A stretch of 37,070 bases of DNA from Nemertoderma westbladi (GCA_032718475.1 JAUCBJ010004251.1:1-37070), one strand, 5' to 3'. Counted from the stretch's first letter, positions 1 through 12,049 are shown. Program-made: numbers and translations. The notes: generated by a model from the sequence alone, not told the origin.

Positions 1-359
1 CTGCTTCTAATTGTTTCCCTGGGAAGCAGGGTCATCGCCATTGATCAGTTGGGACCAATCATTAGCCAGGAGGGTGGGGTCATCGTCGTCAATCCGCTGG
101 GACCAATCATTACCATTGACAATCTGATGTGCTAATAGAGCTAGGTCTAGGACAGTAGGCAGTTGCATGGCAACGCGGGAATATCACTGATATTTTCCCG
201 TGGGCTAAAGATGATATTTTGTACATAGCCCACTATTAGAAATGATATTTTACCCGCTTATAAATGGGGAATTACATGTTACATGTAATTAATTACATGT
301 TAAAATATGAATATTATTGTAGAGATTCATAAATATCATGTTTTATTTTTTTGTTTTAG

Positions 360-1546
360 GAACAGAAGATTCTACTACATCAACCTCAACAACAACTGAT
401 GTTACTACTACAAGTTAGTAACGGGTGCAACAATTTTAAGCTTTAAATGGCTTTATTTGTTATGATTAAAATATGAATATTATTGCAGAGGTTCATAAAT
501 ATCATGTTTAATTTTTTTGTTTTAGGAACAGAAGATTCTACTACATCAACCTCAACAACAACTGATGTTACTACTACAAGTTAGTAACGGGTGCAACAAT
601 TTTAAGCTTTAAATGGCTTTATTTGTTATGATTAAAATATGAATATTATTGTAGAGATTCATAAATATCATGTTTTATTTTTTTTGTTTTAGGAACAGAA
701 GATTCTACTACATCAACCTCAACAACAACTGATGTTACTACTACAAGTTAGTAACGGGTGCAACAATTTTAAGCTTTAAATGGCTTTATTTGTTATGATT
801 AAAATATGAATATTATTGCAGAGATTCATAAATATCATGTTTTATTTTTTTTTTAGGAACAGAAGATCCTACTAGTACAACCTCAACAACAACTGATGCT
901 ACTACTACAAGTGAGTAACTGTGCAACAATTTTAAGCTTTAAATGGCTTAATTTGTTATGATTAAAATATGAATATTATTGTAGAGATTCATAAATATCA
1001 TGTTTAATTTTTTTGTTTTAGGAACAGAAGATCCTACTACAACAACCTCAACAACAACTGATGTTACTACTACAAGTGAGTAACTAGTGCAACCATTTTA
1101 GCTTTAAATGGCTTTATTTGTTATGATTAAAATATGAATATTATTACAGAGATTCATAAATATCATGTTTATTTTTTTTGTTTTAGGAACAGAAGATCCT
1201 ACTACAACAACCTCAACAACAACTGATGTTACTACTACAAGTGAGTAACTAGTGCAACAATTCTAAGCTTTAAATGGCTTTATTTGTTAAGATTAAAATA
1301 TGAATATTATTGCAGAGATTCATAAATATCATTAATTGATTTTGTTTTTATTTCCAGAAACTGCTAAAACAACAATGGATGTTACTACTACAAGTTAGTA
1401 ACTTGTGCAACAATTTTAAGCCTTTAAATGGCTTTATTTGATACAATTCAAATATGAATTTTATTGTAGAGAATCGTAAATATCATTAATTAATTTTGTT
1501 TTAGGCTCAGAAGCTGCTACAACAACATCTAATGTTACTACTACAA
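360..1546 (+). CDS. Mucin-like gene, Thr/Ser-rich microexons 1-8 (gene starts upstream of the window)
   Basis: Each exon lies between a T-rich tract+AG and CAA|GT(T/G)AGT (exon 8: CAA|GTATAG). 54-nt exons: 360-413, 526-579, 693-746, 857-910, 1022-1075, 1187-1240 (RTEDSTTSTSTTTDVTTT-like). 36 nt: 1358-1393 (KTAKTTMDVTTT). 42 nt: 1505-1546 (SSEAATTTSNVTTT). All are phase 1-1, multiples of 3 and stop-free; introns are about 110 nt. Confidence 0.85.
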
Positions 1547-1765
1547 GTATAGTAGGGGAGGGACGAACACTGCTCCCCCCTAAAGTGATTCACATGTATA
1601 GACAAATAATATTCAAAAATTTATGAAAAACCCCTTAAAATAAAAAATTGCTTGCAAAATTATGAAAACTTGTACTCTTCCAGACTGAATCAACTGAATC
1701 ATATCATCCATTTTGGTAATTATCAACTTCATGTACTCCTTTTGCACTGATCTTAAGCTCATTCT

Positions 1766-2337
1766 AACCGCAATCATCTATTTAGTGGGGGTAGCCACCT
1801 TCAAAATGAAAGTGAAGGTGATTATTTCTCGAGATAATCTACAAAAGGTTTCAGTCGCCGGAACACTATATAGACACGTCTATGAGAGATATGCATTCCA
1901 CTACAAATATTACTTCTAATTACTGCACGGAATACAAAATGTGCTCATTCGAACCACAATTATCGATATAGTGGGTGTAGATACCTTCAGAAAGAGAAGA
2001 GTGATTACATATTGGGATATTGCCCAAAATGTTTGGGTTGGCTTCTATGATCAAATTTTGAGATGAGACACATGTACATTTTATGAAATATCTTAAAAAG
2101 TAATCACTCTACTCTCACTTTGAAGGTGTCTACCCCAACTAAATAATTACGGTTTCAATGAGCTCATTTTGGATTCAGAGCAGTAATTAGAAGTAATATT
2201 CGTAGTGAAATGCATATCTCACATAGACGCGTCTATATAGGGTTCTGGCGACTGAAAACTTTTGTTGAATATCTCGCGAAATAATCAATCTACTTTTATT
2301 TTATAGGTGGTTACCCCCACTATCGATCATTGCGGTT
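1766..2337. repeat. Long imperfect inverted repeat (arms about 240 bp, spacer about 90 bp)
   Basis: About 1766-2010 is the reverse complement of about 2098-2337 (e.g. CAAATATTACTTCTAATTACTGC vs GCAGTAATTAGAAGTAATATTCG). A partial direct copy lies at about 2645-2745. Confidence 0.8.
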
Positions 2338-2749
2338 CGAAGGGTATAAGATCTTTGCAATAGGAGTAACAGAAGTTGGTAATAACCAAAATCGATGATA
2401 TGGGGTAGTCGCGATAAGTGTTGGTTGAGTGCACAAATGTTGCCACATGCCAGTAAACTAGTTCCGCTCAATTTATAGCAAATTGATTTTGAACACATAC
2501 TATTATAAACATTTTTGCATTATTTTAAAGCTGATCCGAGTTGAATATAGAAATTTTATATTTTTTGGGGCCACCCTAGCTGAACATGTTCGGCGTACAT
2601 GCTCTACTTAGCAGAATGGGTGATGACCACCTTCTAGGACCCCTGATGCACTAAGATTCAGCTCATTGGAACCGCAATGATAGATTTAGTGGGCGTAGAC
2701 ACCTTCAAAACAAAAATAGAGTGATTGTTTCTTAAAATATTTCAACGTA

Positions 2750-3720
2750 ATGGGTTTGTGGGGCGAGCCACGAAGTTGGCGGAGCCTTAGCGAATTGACA
2801 CTGTTAGGGGGTGGGTCAATTTATGCAAATAGTTGTCGTCGTCGTCGTCGTCGTTGTCGTCGTCGTCGTCGTCGTTACGATTTTGACATGCTAATAACTT
2901 TGTCGGATTTAAAGCTGCCAAGTTGAAAATTTGTAGGTATCAATATGAGCAAAAGTTGAGATTTTTGAGAGACTTTCAGATACCATCAGTGCAATGGTCT
3001 CCCGCTAGAGGGCCACATGTCTAAACATTAAATGCCCTCCCATTTCTTTGCTTTTAATCCGTTTAAGCTGAAACTTGGGAAGTATGTACTAGACCATTAG
3101 CTGTAAATTTCAAAGGAGGCTAATCTGTCTGCAGTTCTCCAGTCTGCCGCTAGAGGGCGAAATGTCCCGAATGTGAAATTATTCTTCCATTTAGTTGTTT
3201 ATGATCTGATTACGCTGAAACTTGTCATATATGTACTAGAAGACATCCTAAGTCTTTGTGTGGACAGTAATCGGTCCGGAGTTTTCGAGTCTGCCGCTAG
3301 AGGGCGAAATGTAGGAAAGTGATAACCTTCGCGAATTCCTTGATCTTAATCTATTTAAGCTGAATTTTGGAATATACAGTACCGGTATGTACTAGACCAC
3401 ATGCCTCGTCTTTGTGAGGAAGGTGATCGATCCGTAGTTCTTTAATATGCCGCTAGAGGGCTAAATGTATGAAAGTGAAAACCTTCCAACATTTCGTTAT
3501 TTATGATCCGTCAATCGGAAACTTGGTAGATATGTAATAGACCATAGGCTGTGGCTTTGTAGGGAAACTAATCCTTCCTTCTTCAGTTACCCAGTCTCCC
3601 GCTAGAGGGTTAACGTTTTCCGGGAAAATCTTCTCCTATGTTTTTATAATCCTTTCGAGTTGATACTTAGCATTAACTCATTTCACGTGCTGCGCGAAGG
3701 CCCCACTTCGTGTATATGTA
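2750..3720 (+). mobile_element. Nested Helentron-like non-autonomous element with (GTC)n and five ~150-bp internal repeats
   Basis: GTGGGGC near 5' end / GCCCCAC near 3' end; (GTC)n at about 2832-2875 followed by TAACTT; CCGCTAGAGGG at 3002, 3147, 3294, 3450, 3599. Family assignment is by layout only; ends approximate. Confidence 0.55.
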
Positions 3721-3920
3721 TGTAATTCGTTTTTTGGGGGAGCAGTGCCAGTTGTGGTATTTTGAGATATAAACCCAAAATCAGTGGTGGTCGTCCCTCC
3801 CCTACTACAAGTGAATAACTTGTGCAAAATTTTTAAGCCTTTAAATGGTTTATTTGATACAATTCAAATATGAATTTTATTGTAGAGATTCGTAAATATT
3901 ATTCATTTATTTTGTTTTAG

Positions 3921-3962
3921 GCTCAGAAGCTGCTACAACAACATCTGATGTTACTACTACAA
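3921..3962 (+). CDS. Mucin-like gene, microexon 9 (42 nt)
   Basis: tttgttttag|GCTCAGAAGCTGCTACAACAACATCTGATGTTACTACTACAA|gtgagt; phase 1-1; encodes SSEAATTTSDVTTT; isolated between two transposon insertions. Confidence 0.8.
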
Positions 3963-4019
3963 GTGAGTAACTTGTGCAACAGTTTTAAGCTTTAATGGCT
4001 TAAATTATTTTAAGAGTAA

Positions 4020-5583
4020 CCCTATCTACTCTGGGCCTTTTAGATCTTCCCACAGAGACTGGGGGGGGGGGGGGGGGGGATTCGACCCAGACCTGATTAC
4101 TCGGACATTTTTTAATGAAATTCACTAAAATTTGGAAACAATATAACTTGTGGTATATATTAACACATTCGTGAAAAAAAATCGAAAACTTTTTTCGGAA
4201 GTGCCTTAAATATGAAAAATAGTGGTTTATTTGTGCAATTAAAAACTTTAATTGTGGCTAATGTGACATATGTACCTGATTTTCAAGTTTTACATGAATA
4301 TTGGTGATGGCGAATTCAATGGTAATGAAATTGAGTTGATAGAAGTAATGCAACTACAATTTTTCGTGCGGGCACCAAAAGTGGGTGCAGCACGAAATTA
4401 AATGTTCAAAAATGTTCAAAATTATTTGTTTCGAAATATTCATTTTATGTAAATTATAATATAGCAATTCAAAGCAAAGCAAACAGACGGCCGAAGCCGG
4501 AGGCGACCCGAAGGCTCCTCTTTCGATAGCTGCTACCCGAGGGTAGGGGTGGGCGCTACTCCTATCCCAAGATTTGCTCCCAGTTATTTAACTGGTACTC
4601 ATTTTATCGACCCCAGTGGATGAAAGGATGAGTGGACCCTGGCGGGGCTGAACCTACAAACATTAGATTGCAGGCCCGGCGCTCAACCAACTGAGCTACC
4701 CCTCCTTGGCAATATAGCATAATATATGCGCAATATAGCGTAATATAGCAATTAATTGCCAATTATTAGTAAAAAAAGAGGGGGGGGGGGACTGAACGCA
4801 TTTCCCATCTCTGATAAATATAATTTCGGGCATAATAAAATAACTTATTCTAAGCAGGGTCGATAGTAAAGGGAAGGAAGGGTCAGGGTTGAATGAACGC
4901 CAATGAAATAATTTATGATGCTGACTATTATAAATAGTGTTGCTTGTCTGTAGGATAGATTAATGATGGAGCTGCAAGCTACGACTTCTAAATTGATTTG
5001 TTACCTGTCACATTATGTTTACATTGATATGCCCAGTGTTTGTCTGTGGAGACTGTAGTAGACTTTACTACTACAACTATCTATGAAAATATTTATATAA
5101 AAGGCATTTGCGTTACTCGGATGAACTCCATTGTATTACAATTGCGTTCACAATCACAGAAAACCTATAAATCGCGCGAATATAGGTAAAATAAATTTCG
5201 AAACATTCAATTTTGAAAATTTCGTGTAGCGCCCAATTTTGGTACCCGCACGAAAAATACCTGTTAGGCCTCTGAACTAAACGTTATAATATTGTACTCA
5301 ACTCCACATCTAAAAAAGCGACTTAGAATCGCGATTTGTATGGTTTTGGGCAACTTTATAATTTACTTTATAATTTTTTTTTTTCAAAATTCCCGACATG
5401 GATGCGAGAAAGGGCCTGTATCAAAAAAAGGGCAAGGTTAGAGCCACGGTGTTTTTCATTTGAAAGAGGAATAAATTTGAGGATAAGTCAAGATGTTCTA
5501 AGGTCATACATGTAACGCGTTAGAAATGACAGCGGCATTAATAATAGTCTGGGTGGAATCCCCCCCCCCCAGGGTAGTTCGGC
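4020..5583. mobile_element. TTAA-targeting (piggyBac-like) non-autonomous element
   Basis: gtaa|CCCTATCTACTCTGGG ... CCCAGGGTAGTTCGGC|ttaa, at the TTAA position of the intron repeat (aagaTTAAaatatga); G-run+GATTCGACCCAGAC mirrored by GTCTGGGTGGAATC+C-run; internal inverted pair about 4361-4399 / 5218-5258. Confidence 0.65.
4470..4710 (-). mobile_element. tRNA-derived SINE
   Basis: Minus strand: A-box TAGCTCAGTTGG, B-box-like GGTTCAGCCCC, body ACTCATCCTTTCATCCACTGGGGTCGATAAAATGAGTACCAG (resembles the conserved Meta-type SINE central domain, from memory), (GCTTT)n tail; AATATAGCA on both flanks as possible TSD. Confidence 0.8.
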
Positions 5584-5713
5584 TTAAAATATGATAAATG
5601 AGAAATGCAAAATGACAAGTGAGTAACTTGTGCAACAATTTTTATTTTTTTAAGATTAAAATATGATTGTTATTGTAGAGATTCATAAATATCATTCATT
5701 AATTTTATTTCAG

Positions 5714-6509
5714 GCTCAGAAGCTGCTACAACAACATCTGATGTTACTACTACAAGTGAGTAACTTGTGCAACAATTTTAAGACTTTAAATGGCTTTATT
5801 GATACGATTCAAATATGAATATTGTTGTAGAGATTCATAAATATCATTCATTAATTATGTTTTAGGCTCAGAAGCTGCTACAACAACATCTGATGTTACT
5901 ACTACAAGTGAGTAACTTGTGCAACAATTTTTAACTTTAATGGCTTTATTTTTTTAAGAATAAAATATGATTAACATTGTAGAGATTCATAAATATCATT
6001 CATTAATTTTGTTTTAGGCTCAGAAGCTGCTACAACAACATCTGATGTTACTACTACAAGTGAGTAACTTGTGCAACAATTTTAAGACTTTAAATGGCTT
6101 TATTGATACGATTCAAATATGAATATTGTTGTAGAGATTCATAAATATCATTCATTAATTATGTTTTAGGCTCAGAAGCTGCTACAACAACATCTGATGT
6201 TACTACTACAAGTGAGTAACTTGTGCAACAATTTTTAACTTTAATGGCTTTATTTTTTTAAGAATAATATATGATTAACATTGTAGAGATTCATAAATAT
6301 CATTCATTAATTTTGTTTTAGGCTCAGAAGCTGCTACAACAACATCTGATGTTACTACTACAAGTGAGTAACTTGTGCAACAATTTTAAGACTTTAAATG
6401 GCTTTATTGATACGATTCAAATATGAATATTGTTGTAGAGATTCATAAATATCATTCATTAATTTTGTTTTAGGCTCAGAAGCTGCTACAACAACTGATT
6501 TTCCTGCAA
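5714..6509 (+). CDS. Mucin-like gene, microexons 10-15
   Basis: 42-nt exons 5714-5755, 5866-5907, 6018-6059, 6170-6211, 6322-6363 (SSEAATTTSDVTTT) and a 36-nt exon 6474-6509 (SSEAATTTDFPA). All AG|...|GTGAGT, phase 1-1, 152-bp period. Confidence 0.85.
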
Positions 6510-7039
6510 GTGAGTACCTTGTATAACAATGATGTCTTTTTTTGTAATTTTGAAAACTGGAATGGATATAAGTTTTTCTGGGGAATATCACCCATGGGTG
6601 GAAGTGAAAATCGATTTCTACAACCGATCATATATATAAAAGAAGTGATAGCTATTTATATATTTATTATATCTGTGTGTTTATAAAAGATATAGTAAAG
6701 CGTTCAATGAACTCAGCATGTGAAATAAATTTGTGCAAAGTATCTACACGAGAAGGATTATAAACAACGAAATAGTAGAGGTTTTTTCAATTTTAGGCAT
6801 TTAACCTACAGTAGTACTACTACTACTGTTGACATGCTGTATTGTAGCTTCAATATTTAAATATTAAGAATGCTATGCCGGATTGTTGAAAAAATCGTAC
6901 AAAGTTTTAGTTGATAGACCGACTCATAGATTGATAGGAGACTGATGATAGGAAAGATTATATGGCAGCAAAGTACCTTACAATGTAGCATGCCGATAGT
7001 AGTAGTAGTATTGTAGGTTGGCAGACTATGATAAACTAC

Positions 7040-7520
7040 TACTAATATAATTTGAATGGGCTTGTCTTCACGACCAAAGCGGAGGCAGGCGGCTTTGTTC
7101 AAGTGTCTAACTTTGGGGGACCAATGAGACACCTCTAATGTTATATAGTGTCTGATTAGATATTTGTGTATTGTACTTGACACAGTGATCCCGACGTAGC
7201 ATTCTTGCGAATGTGCCATTTTAATGTTTTGGAGTACAGAGATTTGGTTCAGCGATTTGGTGTCGCCAGCAGTTAGAGCCCAGCATGGACTCCCAGAGGA
7301 GTTATGGTACTACTGCTGCTCTAAATATTCAGACATTATGTTTCTGACATATACTGTTTGACTTCCAAATCCTGTAAAGCCCAAACAATTCAGACAATGC
7401 TTTTCCCTGACGTATTCTAAGGTCACCACCTGATTTCTAAATCCATGATCCCTGGTAACAGAAGTCGTCCACTTGCTCAAGCATACCATCATTTAGCATA
7501 GGCCAGACTATGGCGACAAG
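7040..7520 (-). pseudogene. Decayed RTE-clade LINE fragment (C-terminal part of RT region)
   Basis: Manual minus-strand translation LEQVDDFCYQGSWI*KSGGDLRIRQGKALSELFGLYRIWKSNSICQKHNV*IFRAAVVP*LLW fits the RTE pattern VxDFxYLGS...IWKS...IFRA; several stops. Confidence 0.7.
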
Positions 7521-7584
7521 CACTACAGATTTTAGGAGGAGAGGAACAGTGCTGCTCGGGGTAGTACCAGTAAGGATGATAGGA

Positions 7585-7586
<2 letters not shown>

Positions 7587-7629
<43 letters not shown>

Positions 7630-10535
7630 TTTATTTATGACGCGCCCTATCAGTTAGTACAAGTTGTTCAGGGCGCAATGATAAAAACCAACTATAGTAT
7701 CTTAAAAATATATATATAGTTAGTACAGTAAAAATAAGTTTTGAATAAACTTAATTGTGGAACAGTGAAATAAAAAATTAAAATACAGATTAGTCTGTAG
7801 AATACTCCAATCGAAACAGGTGGGTTTTTAGACGAGAGTTAAACGTTTCGACCGTCGTGGCATTCCGCACATGTAGTGGAAGCGAATTCCAGATAGTTGG
7901 TGCAGCAACCGAAAAGGAACGTTTACCATAGTGCTCCATCCTGTACCGGGGTACAGTAAGTAGCCCAGCACTGCCTGATCTCAATGCACGGATTGGAATG
8001 TATGGGACAAGTAGATTGCATAAGTATTGCGGAGCCAGCCCGTGTAAACACTTAAACGTTAGTGATGCTATTTTATAATTTATTCGGCGGCGTACAGGTA
8101 ACCAATGAAGTTCACGCAGTACTGGCGTTATGTGATCCCGTTTACCTGTATTCGTCAGCATCCTCGCTGCACAATTCTGCACGTATTGTAGTCTTGCAAT
8201 GTATTTCGCAGGCAACCCATAATATAGTGAATTAAACGCGTCTAGTTTACTGGATATAAGTGCATGAATAAGAATTTCGAGCTCTTTATTGCCAAAATAA
8301 CGCTTTACTTTTGACAGACTACGCAAATGGTAGAACGCGTCTCTGACAGTGATAGCGATCTGTTTGGAATTCATCATATAACAATCCATTTGATACCCCA
8401 GACTACGTGCACCAGATTTGCATTCAACGGTATCAACACCAACTCGAACCTGATGTAGGTTTAAGTCCGGGTTGAAGCGGGACTGCAAGACCAATATCTG
8501 TATTATCTGTATTGAGTTTAAGGAAATGTTTTCTCATCAATGCATTCACATCTTCGAGACATTTTTCTGTTACAGTTACTGCATGATTTATATCTGCAGG
8601 CTTAAAGGCGATATATATTTGGGTGTCGTCCGCATATAGATGGTATTTAAGGCCATGTTTAATTATCACGGAGGACAATGATCGTGTGTAGATACTGAAT
8701 AATACCAGCCCCAATACAGATCCCTGTGGTAATCCAAACTTAAGTTTTTTCATATCTGAATAAACATCGCCTATACGGACCTGTTGTTTCCTATCCCCCA
8801 AGTAAGATCGGAACCAATCAAGTGCCAGACCATCGATCTTTAAATCCGACCGTAGGATATCTAAGATTTTTGAATGCTCCACCGTGTCAAAGGCGGCACT
8901 CAGATCTAACATAATCATTAAGACTGCGGATCCATCATCAATGTCACGTAAGATACTGTCAGTTACTGCTAACATCGCTGTTTCTGTTCCATGGTATTTA
9001 CGATAGGCACTTTGTAATGGTTCGTGTAAGTTATTCAGATTGAGATGACTAATTAGTTGGTCAGCTACCACCTTTTCTGTAAGTTTCGCAATATATCTCA
9101 GATTCGATATCGGTCTGAAATTTTTAAAGATTTCAGGATTGAGTCGAGCTTTCTTCAATATTGGTGTCAGAATAGCCTCCTTAAATAATGTTGGTACTAC
9201 TGCCGTTGCTATTGATAGGTTTATCATCAGAGTTATGACAACAAGGAGGGGTCCCAGGCACATTTTCAATAGCCTTGTTGGGATGGGATCATTGGGGCCC
9301 GATTTCGAGTTACCATCATCTATTAGTTTCTTAACATCATCCTCGCTTACTGGATTAAATTGACTCATGTTTACCGTATCATTGCCATCCTTTAATTTAC
9401 CTTTTTCAGTGGGAATGCCGTCGTCGCAAGATGTTGCAAATCCGAGGTTGGTATCATCATTATTGTTCCTATTGTTCATGTTCATGGATATATCTGTGGG
9501 TCCAGTCTCAATATCAATATTGCCTGTTACATTATCATCGTTATCCTCATTCACTTCATTCCGGATTCCAGCTATTTTCTGCTCAAAGTAATTAGAAAAT
9601 TCATTTGCCAGATCAGTCGGTGAATCATGTGCTGGAAGCCGAGTCTCAGTCCGACGATATAATACCTTATTAGCAACCGCGAATAATGTTCTTGTATCCC
9701 CCTTATTGTCAGTTATAATTTTATTATAATAAGTTTCCTTTGCTAAATTAATGGAGCTGAGGATAGTTTTACATTGTTGCCTATACTCGATGCGATCCAC
9801 TTCAAGTTTGCTTTTTAGGTATTTCTGTTCTAGTTTTCGTTTTTTGCGCTTTTCATCCGAAATAAGTGGAGTATACCACTCTTCCTTTTTGCGGTTTCCG
9901 ATTGTTTTTTTAATCACCGGTGCGTGTTTGTCCAGTATGATCGATAAACTATGATTGTATGAATGTACAAGTTGAATTAGGTCCCTCGGAGTGTTCCTAC
10001 AGAGATCCGATGATTCAATATCAGCCACAAAAGCTCCCATATCGATATCCTTCAGATTCCTATAACATCTTGCCCCCTTTTCGCAGAGGTCTCTTTTCAC
10101 ATCGATTCAAAAGGTAACCATATAGTGGTCTGAGATACCAATATCTTGGACAGTGAGATCTACAATTGAATCACGATCTTCTGCGTACACTAATACAAGA
10201 TCCAATGTGTGACCTTTTCTATGCGTTGATTCACACACAAGCTGATCTATTGCAAAACAGTTAGTCAAAGAAATAAATTCTGTCGCTTCTTTGTCTGTTT
10301 CGTTGTCAATATGGAAATTAAAATCCCCGAGTATTATCAACAATCCAGAAGATAATATAAGATACTGAAGAAATTCTGCAAACTCGTCATAAAACCTACT
10401 TGCAGTATGCCCATTGGTTGTGGAGGGACAAGTGCGATAGATTATCACAATTCGAAAAGCAGATTTATGTAGAGTCAATAATGTCTCCATGTACTCAAAT
10501 GTTTCGTATAATTTTCCTTTTACATGAATCATTTT
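7587..10535 (-). mobile_element. 5'-truncated L2/CR1-group LINE (ORF2 APE endonuclease + RT), inactivated
   Basis: APE motifs ILGDFNFH, GHTLDLV, SDHY (10107-10532); RT motifs NFRPISNL, LDLSAAFDTV, GLPQGSVLG, YADD (8433-10100); C-terminal HITPVLRELHWLPV (7790-8494). In-frame stop at 10107-10109, frameshift near 8490. 3' stem-loop GCGCCCT...AGGGCGC (7642-7676) and (ATT)n tail (7587-7628) typical of L2. Confidence 0.93.
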
Positions 10536-12049
10536 GAAGATATCATTATACAGGCATGCATGGAGTGAATGGGCGAAGGGGCGGTCGATAACGACGTTAA
10601 TGTTAATCGATAGCGGGGCAGCATTTACGCTAACCGAAGATTAGGTGACCGAAATGTTTGGATTAAAGACTAAGCCGAGTAAAATGGCGGTGACCACAAT
10701 ATCAACTTAAGACGAGGTCATGAAAATGAGAACAGTGTATAAGTGTACATAATATAGAAACAGTTTCAAAGATCCTACTGTAACATATATATACCACATA
10801 TGAAACATATGTGGTATATATTTTTTAACGGGATAAGAACTGCAATAGGCCTGCCTACCTTTACGCCTGGTATAGTGCATATATGTATCTGTCTATGTCT
10901 GTACCCCTTACTGATACTTATCAGCGCAGATGACAATGCACAACCACAACCTGACAAGTGAAAACCACCATACAGCCATACATATGTTTGTCTAATTCTG
11001 TTAATACAGCACTGTACATGTACAATGCACATGCACAGCACAATGTGCAAAGTGCAAGGCAGAAAGCAGGCAAGTCACACACTGCATCACTGAACAATTG
11101 AGTTGCCTATGATTAGCGGTAGGCTTATGCAACGCATTATGCTGTTATGGGTAAAATATAAAATAATTTGCGTTTCACTAGCTAAACTGCAAGCGACACG
11201 ATGTGGTTAAGAAGAAAGATTGCAGGATCAGACTATGAAATGCCTATCATTTTAAGAATGTGTCCCACCGCCAGCCCTCAAATGCAATAAACAAAACAAT
11301 TGGACGATCGACTATGGTTACTTCAATTTAGTGTCCATACAGCCTTCACAGATCATTTAAACCTTATAGTAGGTTAAACCTATACCTTAAACCTATATAG
11401 TTATACATTATATTGTTAAATAGCCGTACTTTAGAAAATACAGTATAACAAAAAAAATATAGATTCAACGTATTATACTACTGATTAAAACGATATTTCT
11501 TCTATGTTCTTAATGCAAAAAGATGAGTAATGACAACAACAATCTCCGCATCCCCCCCCCCCCCCCCCCCCCTCGTTATTCTTTTCTGTACATGTATTAC
11601 TGTAAGACCTGTATTACTATAAGGCAAATATGTGTGCAACATATAAAATCCATGAACTGGATTACACAATTACGAATTGAATAGTTTATGGATTTAAATT
11701 TAACTTCGGAGTCTTGGCTATGGCTATTTCACATATGCTCGACATATATTATTCACATGCGCATTCTCACACATTTATTTATGATAAATTCATATGTGCA
11801 ATATATAAATACCATAAATGGCGATACACACATTCTAAGTGTATGTATCAACGCATGCGTGACATGTATTATTCATACATTAGCATAAAAACCCAATTTC
11901 CAGACACACCTATTCCATACAACATATATAAACCACATATGAAACATAAGTTCATGTTTAACTGGGATATATATATATATATACTACACTTCGTATCCAA
12001 TTCAAACAGGTTTTCATTACTGTTTCTTCTCATAGTTGGACTTCATATG

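Larger units (their letters stand above)
1550..3807. mobile_element. Non-autonomous TIR DNA transposon inserted at the donor of microexon 8
   Basis: 17-bp TIR TAGTAGGGGAGGGACGA (1550-1566) / TCGTCCCTCCCCTACTA (3791-3807); flanks CAAGTA / CAAGTG (6-bp TSD, one mismatch); the intron repeat resumes in register afterwards; no transposase ORF. Confidence 0.8.

Noticed and set aside
1-275. Duplicated GGGTCATCG...GGGACCAATCATTA motif as a CCAAT promoter
   Set aside because: More likely the end of another intronic transposon cut by the window edge; cannot be classified.
4635-4710. Functional tRNA gene
   Set aside because: Imperfect B-box, no convincing cloverleaf, and directly fused to a SINE body and tail.
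300-6520. Regular 152-167-bp repeats as CRISPR or plain satellite
   Set aside because: No unique spacers; each unit has acceptor, in-frame exon and donor, so it is better explained as microexons.
7790-10532. Active LINE or domesticated RT gene
   Set aside because: 5' truncation, in-frame stop, frameshift and an ordinary L2-type tail.
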